From contig CAYXBG010000001.1 of the NCBI GenBank assembly GCA_964463145.1, positions 1 to 54,267 of the forward strand: a stretch of 54,267 nt of DNA, read 5' to 3'. Position 1 is the stretch's first letter. Each line of letters starts with the position of its first letter. Positions 47,413 through 54,267 of this stretch are shown here, piece by piece. The notes beneath the pieces are model-generated. The model saw only the letters and a list, made by a program, of their open reading frames with translations. It was not told where the DNA came from and did not search any database. Position numbers and translations under genes: made by a program. The stretch comes from an uncultured Acidobacteriota bacterium (GTDB lineage: Bacteria; Acidobacteriota; UBA6911; RPQK01; CBDAPI01).

Positions 47413-50400
47413 ATGTTCATGTTCAACCCTTTCAAATTCCAAATATTAATATACCTCTATCGTTTCCCTTTTTTGATACTACTTCTGTGTCTATGGCCTA
47501 GTACATCTTTTGCACAGACCACAGCACAAATAGGTGGACGAGTTCTAGATCCCTCAGGAGGAGTCATTGAAGGGGCAGAGGTCAGTGCATCTCAAGTAGA
47601 AACAGGCTTACAACGGGCAGTATTGAGCAATGCCTCAGGCCATTTTCTCATAGCCAAGCTACCTGGAGGGACATATCAACTTAGAGTGGCAAGCAGTGGA
47701 TTCAGAACACTCGTACAGAAGAATTTAGTGCTAGCTGTAGGCGATCGCCTCATTACTACAGTGACATTGGAATTAGGCCCTATTGACTTAGAGGAAATAG
47801 TTGTTTTAGGCAACATCTCCCTGGTACAAACCCAGACTTCAGATCTGAGCTACCTGGTAGAAAGAGAGACTTTAGAGGAACTTCCACTTAACGGACGCAA
47901 CTTTACCGACCTGGCACTACTGCAACCAGGAATGATTGCATACCGACACCGCAATTCCTTGGGTTCCATTGTGGCTCACGGCTTAGCTGCAAGTGCCACG
48001 GGGCGGGATCCTAGGTCAAATCTTTATTTATTGGACGGCACTCCACAAAACGATTTCACAAATGGTCCAGCAGGAAGTGCCGCAGGAACCGTGCTTGGTG
48101 TTGAGACAATTCAGGAATTTCAGGTAGCCACTAACAGCTATAGCGCCGAATTTGGCCGGAACTACGGCAGCCAAATTAACGCCGTCACTAAATCGGGGAC
48201 AAATCAGCACCACGGCAGTGCGTACTTTTTCCACCGCAACGACAATCTGGACGCGCGTAATTTTTTCGATGGCGCCCAAAAACCAGAGTTCCTGAGGCAT
48301 CAGTTCGGAGCTTCTCTTGGAGGAGCTATCAAAAAAGATCGCTGGTTTTACTTTCTGGGATACGAGGGCTTGGAGGCTAGGCGTGGACGGTCGCTTACAA
48401 CCACTGTCCCCGATCAGTCGGCGCGGGGGGGGGTACTTCCTTGCAGCGCTAGTGGACGCCCAGACTGCAACCCGGCTGCACCGCACCAACTGGTCAATGT
48501 GGGGGTCAATCCAAGTGTCGCACCCTATTTGAACGAGTATCCATTGCCCAACGGGGAAAACCTGGGAGGGGGACTAGCAGTTCACAACTTCCTGTTTAAC
48601 GAAAACACGAGCCAAAATTTCATACAGTTCCGCATAGATCACAATGGTAATAATCAGAGATTTTTTGCTCGTTACACCTTTGACGATGCCGAGATCCGAT
48701 TACCTACCGATTTTCCCCAGTTTCCTCGCACCTTCTTATCCAGAAACCAGTTCTTAACGTTAGAGTATCAGAACTTCATTTCCAGCATGACTACAGCCAC
48801 ATTTCGCGGAAGTTATAGTCGAACCAATATAGGTCAAGAAGTAGAGGCAAATACCAGTAGTGCACTGCCCACCTTCGTTCCTGGACGGGCACTGGCTGGC
48901 AGTATCGATGTCGGAGGCATTCCTCGTTTTGGACCTCAGGTTTCTGTGGATGTTTCCCTGGTTCAGAATGTTTTTGGGTTCGAAACAAACTGGAGTCATG
49001 TAAAAGGAAACCACCACTTAAAGTTTGGAATGCTGGCAGAGAAGTACCAGGACAATATGGTCAATCCAACATTTTCTCTGGGCATCTTCGCGTTTGCCAG
49101 ACTGGCAACTTTCCTTCAGAACCAACCCCTACGCTTTATTGGGCTAGGACCTACTGGACAGTTCGACCGTTACTGGAGATTTGGGCTCTTTGGATTTTAC
49201 CTGCAAGATGATTTCCGAATACATCCTCAGCTGACCATGAACCTAGGATTGCGTTACGAATTCGCAACAGTTCCTCATGAGATTAGGCAACGGGATGTCA
49301 CTCTCATAAATCCGGAAGACACAGCTCCCACCTTGGGTTCTCTGTACAACAATCCAACCCTTGGCAATGTAGCGCCCAGGATTGGTCTAGCCTGGGATGT
49401 CTTCGGGGATGGCAGCACCGCAATACGATCTGGGTATGGCCTTTACTACAACACAAATAATCAACAAAACTTGATCGTTACAGTCACCAACCCCCCTTTC
49501 ACTCCAAGACTGATCATCCCGGGACCAACCTTCCCCAATCCCCCTTTCGAAAGAGGGATTGGAACTTCCCTCCGCCCCATCGAGCCCAACCTAAAGACCC
49601 CCAGTGTTCATGTATGGAACCTAAACCTTCAGAGGTCAATCTGGCGAAACGCCTTGTTCACAGTCGGCTATAACGGATCCCGAGGATTACATCTGCTACG
49701 CAATACGGACATCAATATCCCGACTCCTGAACGGTTGGTTGACGGCACGCTGTTTTGGCCTTCGGATTCAGCCCGACCCAACTCCAGCTTTAGCACCATT
49801 GAACAAAAACGTAGTGACGGCGATTCCTATTATCACGCCCTACTCCTCGAATTGAGGCAACGTTTTACCGCAGGTTTCAGTTTCCAATCGTCCTACACAT
49901 TTTCTCGCAGCATTGATAACACCCAGGCATCGACTTTCTTCTCGGATGCCAATAATGGCACAACTTCAGCTATGCCAGAGTTTTTCTCCAGTAATTACAA
50001 CAAAGGCCTTTCGGACTTTCACGCAAAACATAACTGGGTAGTTAATTTTATTTGGCAAATTCCATTTGCTAAAAATTTACAAGGGGTTTCCAGGAAAATT
50101 TTAGATGGTTGGCAACTTTCTGCAATTTCAAACCTACAGAGCGGAAATCCTTTGACCGTTTTTGTTAAGACAAATCGGTCTCGATCCCGGTGGTCCCCTT
50201 CTCTCCGACCAGGCCTGGGCCTGGATCGTCCAGATCTGTCAAACGGATATACTCACCAAACTGCTGTGACAGGCAACCCAACGAACTATTTCAACGCAGC
50301 GGCCTTTTCTCTACAACCTCAAGGAACTCAAGGGAATCTTGGGCGAGGAGCCTTGATTGGGCCAAATCTCCGCAGTTTCGACTTGCAGGCAGCAAAACAC

Positions 50401-50610
50401 TTTGCTTGGAACGTTCGAGGTGAACAGGTTGGTCTTCAGTTCCGACTCGAGATTTTCAATCTTTTCAATCGCACTAATTTTGCAGCTCCAAGCCTTACGG
50501 CCTTTTCCGGAACTGCAGACTATGAAGAACCTCTTCCAACATTGGGCCGAATTCGTTCGACCGTAACATCTTCACGCCAGATACAGTTGGGATTAAGACT
50601 AGCCTTCTAG
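47413..50610 (+). CDS. Oar-like TonB-dependent outer-membrane receptor with N-terminal carboxypeptidase-regulatory-like domain
   Basis: Signal peptide present. GGRVLDPSGGVIEGAEVS...SGHFLIAKLPGGTYQL (CarboxypepD_reg-like). LPLNGRNFTDLALLQPG. C-terminal beta-barrel ending in RLAF. Confidence 0.85.
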   Translation: MFMFNPFKFQILIYLYRFPFLILLLCLWPSTSFAQTTAQIGGRVLDPSGGVIEGAEVSASQVETGLQRAVLSNASGHFLIAKLPGGTYQLRVASSGFRTLVQKNLVLAVGDRLITTVTLELGPIDLEEIVVLGNISLVQTQTSDLSYLVERETLEELPLNGRNFTDLALLQPGMIAYRHRNSLGSIVAHGLAASATGRDPRSNLYLLDGTPQNDFTNGPAGSAAGTVLGVETIQEFQVATNSYSAEFGRNYGSQINAVTKSGTNQHHGSAYFFHRNDNLDARNFFDGAQKPEFLRHQFGASLGGAIKKDRWFYFLGYEGLEARRGRSLTTTVPDQSARGGVLPCSASGRPDCNPAAPHQLVNVGVNPSVAPYLNEYPLPNGENLGGGLAVHNFLFNENTSQNFIQFRIDHNGNNQRFFARYTFDDAEIRLPTDFPQFPRTFLSRNQFLTLEYQNFISSMTTATFRGSYSRTNIGQEVEANTSSALPTFVPGRALAGSIDVGGIPRFGPQVSVDVSLVQNVFGFETNWSHVKGNHHLKFGMLAEKYQDNMVNPTFSLGIFAFARLATFLQNQPLRFIGLGPTGQFDRYWRFGLFGFYLQDDFRIHPQLTMNLGLRYEFATVPHEIRQRDVTLINPEDTAPTLGSLYNNPTLGNVAPRIGLAWDVFGDGSTAIRSGYGLYYNTNNQQNLIVTVTNPPFTPRLIIPGPTFPNPPFERGIGTSLRPIEPNLKTPSVHVWNLNLQRSIWRNALFTVGYNGSRGLHLLRNTDINIPTPERLVDGTLFWPSDSARPNSSFSTIEQKRSDGDSYYHALLLELRQRFTAGFSFQSSYTFSRSIDNTQASTFFSDANNGTTSAMPEFFSSNYNKGLSDFHAKHNWVVNFIWQIPFAKNLQGVSRKILDGWQLSAISNLQSGNPLTVFVKTNRSRSRWSPSLRPGLGLDRPDLSNGYTHQTAVTGNPTNYFNAAAFSLQPQGTQGNLGRGALIGPNLRSFDLQAAKHFAWNVRGEQVGLQFRLEIFNLFNRTNFAAPSLTAFSGTADYEEPLPTLGRIRSTVTSSRQIQLGLRLAF

Positions 50611-50662
50611 GGCCCGTTAAGTCGATCCTTGATTACCTCTCTTCAAGCTATTCAGTCAATAC

Positions 50663-51940
50663 CTACCAAATGTGCATTGACTCCTGGAACAATCTAGTGA
50701 GAACTGTTTCCGAGGCCGGGATTGGGCTGAGCTTTGTAACTCGATGCTGAGGGAGAGTACCTTTCACTAGGGCCGGAATGTCGGATTCAGTGAAGCCAAC
50801 GGCCGCAAGGCCTCTCGGGAGTCCTAGGGTTTTCATAAAATAAATTACGCGTTGAGCTAGGGCTTCTCCGGATTCACCTAGATCTATGTCGGTGACTTTG
50901 GCTCCAAGCGCTTGGGCTGCTCGTAGGTGGCGACCGGGGTCAGCTGGCGCAGTAAACCGGACCACCGCAGGAGTATTCAAAATAACCGAAACGCCGTGGG
51001 GGATTAACACTTTTTCAGGTGGGTAATCTCGCATAACAAACTCAGAAGCCCTGCCCGCAACCGGATAGGACATCCCATGAGGAAGATGAACTCCAGCATT
51101 CCCAAAACCAATCCCTGCCATCGTGGAAGCCAGTAACATTTGACTACGGGCTTCCACGTCGGAAATATCGGTAACAGCACGGACAAGAAATCGGGAGACG
51201 ATCTGTAGCGCTCTCAGTGCCCAAATATCACTGATCGGATTGGCTCCCTGGTAAGCAGGCCTCTCCAGCGGACTGGCAGGCTTGGGACGGTTATCGAAGG
51301 GCAAAGCTGTGTAGGATTCCAGCGCGTGGCTAAGAACATCGAGGCCTGTCGAGGCAGCAACCATGGGCGGCTGGGTTATAGTGTTGTCAGGATCAACAAT
51401 CCCAAGTGTAGGTTTTAGATATCTATGAGCAATCCCTGTCTTTGCTTTTTTTTCAACAAAATCAAAAATGGCAACTCCAGTAGTCTCGCTTCCAGTTCCA
51501 GCAGTGGTTGGGATAGCAATTAATGGTTTTAAAGGGCCAGGAATCGGACTGCCCTCGCCGATAGGCGCATTGACATACTCCAAAAATTCAGCGGGATAGG
51601 TGGAGTAAAGATTCGCCGCCTTAGCCGTATCTATAGTGCTCCCTCCTCCGACCGCTACGATTGAGTCAAATCCGCCTTCCGAGGCAAAGGCAGCAGCTTG
51701 CTGAAAGCTACTGTCTGTTGGTTCAATAGAGATCTTTCGGAAAACCTGAAAATCAATATGGGCTGACTTGAGAGAGGACAATACTGTTTCCTCAACCACC
51801 GAAGCAGACAAAGCTGGATCTATGATGAGCAACGTCCTGTTGGAGCCCAGCTCGACTAAATCCAACCCAATCTCACAAGTTATACCCTGACCAAACCGGA
51901 TATTTGAGGCAGACATTTGAAAAGCGGTATCATTCTCCAT
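50663..51940 (-). CDS. iron-containing alcohol dehydrogenase (hydroxyacid-oxoacid transhydrogenase-like)
   Basis: VGGGSTIDTAKA...PTTAGTGSE...HALESY...HLPHGM are Fe-ADH motifs. The N-terminus AFQMSASNIRFGQG resembles ADHFE1-type enzymes. Confidence 0.85.
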   Translation of the reverse strand: MENDTAFQMSASNIRFGQGITCEIGLDLVELGSNRTLLIIDPALSASVVEETVLSSLKSAHIDFQVFRKISIEPTDSSFQQAAAFASEGGFDSIVAVGGGSTIDTAKAANLYSTYPAEFLEYVNAPIGEGSPIPGPLKPLIAIPTTAGTGSETTGVAIFDFVEKKAKTGIAHRYLKPTLGIVDPDNTITQPPMVAASTGLDVLSHALESYTALPFDNRPKPASPLERPAYQGANPISDIWALRALQIVSRFLVRAVTDISDVEARSQMLLASTMAGIGFGNAGVHLPHGMSYPVAGRASEFVMRDYPPEKVLIPHGVSVILNTPAVVRFTAPADPGRHLRAAQALGAKVTDIDLGESGEALAQRVIYFMKTLGLPRGLAAVGFTESDIPALVKGTLPQHRVTKLSPIPASETVLTRLFQESMHIW

Positions 51941-52059
51941 GGGGTTCTCCTGGTATGCTTAATGGTTAAATACATCTTAAGGAAACGTCAACTTGGCTGG
52001 AATAGATTTCTGGATTTTTGATATCTTTCCAGAAACCAAGTGGGCACAACAATAATCAA

Positions 52060-54075
52060 ATGACTTTCAGTTGCCGGATCATTCTCACCTTTCTGTTCAC
52101 CATTTCACTGTCGGCACAGGATGTGACTTTCGATCTTCTGGAAAATATTTTTGAATCCCAAAAAACCTTAAATACACCTTCTACACAATTTGAGGTTTTA
52201 TTCCACAATAATCCAAGCTTGGTAACCGATCTGGGCGTTGGTCTTTGGGCTTGGCCCTTACCTATGGACTTCGATAATGACGGAGATTTTGATTTAGTAG
52301 TCTCCTGCCATGACAAGCCCTACAACGGTACCTACCTGTTCGAAAATAAGAGTGGGGGTTCTTTCCCGGTCTTTGAAAAGGCTCGAAAAATCGGGCCAGG
52401 GTTTGCCAACATTCAAGTCTCTTATATCGATGGGGTCCCTCGAATACTCATACCGGGAAAGGAGTTACGTTACACAGCAAGTACTGGTCTAGTCGCATGG
52501 AAAAACCTGTCTATCCCAAGAAACGTCCATATCTGGACGAAGGAAGGGCTTCCTTTCAAAGAAAAACATAAGATTCGATCTAATCAGTGGAAGTACATTG
52601 ACTTTGATGAAGACGGAGACCTGGACGTTGTTATTGGAGTTGGGGATTGGCACGATTACGGCTGGGACGACGCCTACAATGCAGCAGGTCAGTGGACGAA
52701 TGGCCCCTTAAGAGGCCTTGTATATCTAGTACTCAACACTGGCAGTGCCACTGATCCCACTTACGCTGCGCCGAGGTTGCTCTACACCTCGGCGGGAGAA
52801 CCCGTCGAGGTCTTTGGCCGACCATCCCCCAATTTTGCAGACTTCGATCAGGACGGTGATTTGGACCTACTCTGCGGAGAATTCCTAGACCGTTTTACCT
52901 ATTTTGAAAATCAAGGAACACGCAAAAAACCTATTTTCGCACCTGGGCGCTTTCTGCAAACAACAGACAGATTACTAACAATGGATCTCCAAATGGTGAC
53001 TCCCGTAGTGCTCGATTGGGATAGAGATGGAGACATAGATATTGTTTCGGGAGATGAAGACGGTCGTGTTGCCTTCATAGAAAATACTGGCCAGCTTCAG
53101 GCTTCCATTCCCCAGTTTAAGGAACCAAGGTATTTCCAGCAAAAGGCTGATCGGGTTAAATTTGGCGCTTTAGCCACTCCCTTTGGTTTTGATTGGGATG
53201 GGGATGGGGATATGGATATCGTTGCAGGAAATACGGCTGGATACGTTGCCTTTATAGAGAACCTCGGAGGAGGATCCAACCCCCGTTGGGCCGCCCCAAG
53301 CCTTTTAAATTCTGGGGGTAAGCCACTCCGTATCCTGGCTGGACCAAGCGGATCTATACAAGGTCCTGCCGAAGCCAAGTGGGGCTATACAACGCTGAGT
53401 GTTGGCAATTGGGATACAGATGATCTCCCCGATCTCATCGTCAACTCCATTTGGGGGGCGGTACAATGGTATCGCAACGTAGGCACTCGTAAAAATCCAA
53501 AGCTGGAGGAAGGTCGCTTTGTTGAAGTGGACTGGCCAGGACATGCTCCAAAACCCTCCTGGGTGTGGTGGACACCAAAAGTGAACCAGCTAGTAACCCA
53601 GTGGCGAACCACTCCTGTTGTGATTGATTGGAACCACGATGGATTAAATGATCTGGTCATGTTAGATCACGAGGGCTACCTCTCGCTTTTTGCCCGTTTT
53701 CGGACAGGCGAAAAACTCGGGTTGCGACCAGGCCAACATGTTTTTACGGACGAGCATGGAAAGCCCTTGCGGTTGAACAGTAGACATGCAGGTAAAAGCG
53801 GTCGGCGCAAACTCCAGATTGTGGACTGGGATGGCGACGGCCTAAGAGACATCCTCTTGAATAGCCAAAATGCTGACTTACTGAAAAATCTTGGATCCGA
53901 TGGAGATAAGACTCGTTTCCGTAATCTGGGCGCTGTCAGCCAACAAAAGCTTTCGGGGCATTCTACGAGCCCTACCGTCGTTGATTGGAACGGGGATACG
54001 ATACCCGATCTTTTACTAGGAACCGAAAGCGGGTTTTTCTACCACCTAAAAAACCCTCGCTCGAAAGGAAAATAG
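52060..54075 (+). CDS. secreted FG-GAP/VCBS-repeat beta-propeller protein
   Basis: Signal peptide after ATG 52060. About nine D.D.DGD.D(L/I)(V/L) Ca-binding-like repeats (DFDNDGDFDLVV, DFDEDGDLDVVIG, DWDRDGDIDIVSG, DWDGDGDMDIVAG and others). Confidence 0.8.
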   Translation: MTFSCRIILTFLFTISLSAQDVTFDLLENIFESQKTLNTPSTQFEVLFHNNPSLVTDLGVGLWAWPLPMDFDNDGDFDLVVSCHDKPYNGTYLFENKSGGSFPVFEKARKIGPGFANIQVSYIDGVPRILIPGKELRYTASTGLVAWKNLSIPRNVHIWTKEGLPFKEKHKIRSNQWKYIDFDEDGDLDVVIGVGDWHDYGWDDAYNAAGQWTNGPLRGLVYLVLNTGSATDPTYAAPRLLYTSAGEPVEVFGRPSPNFADFDQDGDLDLLCGEFLDRFTYFENQGTRKKPIFAPGRFLQTTDRLLTMDLQMVTPVVLDWDRDGDIDIVSGDEDGRVAFIENTGQLQASIPQFKEPRYFQQKADRVKFGALATPFGFDWDGDGDMDIVAGNTAGYVAFIENLGGGSNPRWAAPSLLNSGGKPLRILAGPSGSIQGPAEAKWGYTTLSVGNWDTDDLPDLIVNSIWGAVQWYRNVGTRKNPKLEEGRFVEVDWPGHAPKPSWVWWTPKVNQLVTQWRTTPVVIDWNHDGLNDLVMLDHEGYLSLFARFRTGEKLGLRPGQHVFTDEHGKPLRLNSRHAGKSGRRKLQIVDWDGDGLRDILLNSQNADLLKNLGSDGDKTRFRNLGAVSQQKLSGHSTSPTVVDWNGDTIPDLLLGTESGFFYHLKNPRSKGK

Positions 54076-54086
54076 AGGAGAAACCC

Positions 54087-54141
54087 CCTAAGGTCCACCG
54101 GCGACATTTTCAGCCTAGAAATGTATGTGCTTTGGAGTAAC
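54087..54141. repeat. 55-nt direct repeat, copy 1
   Basis: cctaaggtccaccggcgacattttcagcctagaaatgtatgtgctttggagtaac is identical to 54213-54267. Confidence 0.85.
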
Positions 54142-54212
54142 AAGGCATATTTAACCCCAATATTGGCATCAAATAGGAGTAAACCCCTTATCCGCTCGGA
54201 CCAAAACAGTTG

Positions 54213-54267
54213 CCTAAGGTCCACCGGCGACATTTTCAGCCTAGAAATGTATGTGCTTTGGAGTAAC
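54213..54267. repeat. 55-nt direct repeat, copy 2 (cut by window end)
   Basis: Identical to 54087-54141. The 126-nt offset and the window end mean the identity may extend further. Confidence 0.85.

Noticed and set aside
54039-54233. 64-aa minus-strand ORF across the terminal repeat (RLKMSPVDLR twice).
   Set aside because: The internal duplication just mirrors the DNA repeat. It overlaps the FG-GAP gene end and has no coding signal.
54087-54267. Calling the terminal repeats a CRISPR array.
   Set aside because: Only two copies are visible. A 55-nt identical unit is much longer than known CRISPR repeats. No half-period (63-nt) repeat is present and no cas genes lie in the window. It is kept as an unexplained repeat instead.

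Overview
This is a 54.3-kb, densely packed chromosomal window with about 45 CDS and 2 tRNAs. It appears to come from an uncultured Gram-negative heterotroph. Support for that: an Oar-like TonB-dependent receptor, lipoprotein and Tat signals, BshA, and a class II DAHP synthase. The phylum cannot be fixed from sequence alone. The content is core and catabolic metabolism. (1) A short-chain acyl-CoA module: Cys-rich protein-etfB-etfA, MDR oxidoreductase, acyl-CoA dehydrogenase, and a split methylmalonyl-CoA mutase large subunit, next to a LarA-like protein. (2) Four Na+/solute symporters (SSS family), each beside a hydrolase-type gene. (3) Cell-wall genes murB-murA downstream of tRNA-Phe. (4) rnhB, a NifS-like desulfurase, galactose mutarotase, and an AGXT-type aminotransferase coupled to a homoserine-dehydrogenase-like gene. 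(5) A ribose-type ABC transporter operon, and a YkoF-like/M23/PepF operon. (6) bshA, an amidase, an Fe-ADH, and large surface or beta-propeller proteins. I found no transposase, integrase, cas, toxin-antitoxin, phage or recognisable defence genes. I do not see a clear-cut novel multi-gene system. The items most worth a second look are: a perfect 55-nt direct repeat (126-nt period) cut by the right window edge; a LarA-like protein without larBCE that apparently lacks one catalytic His; a Cys-rich protein translationally coupled to etfBA; an MDR gene whose conserved N-terminus lies upstream of any canonical start codon (candidate ATC start); and the repeated symporter-plus-hydrolase pairing. All functional calls come from reading motifs and recalling protein families. 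No database search was run.
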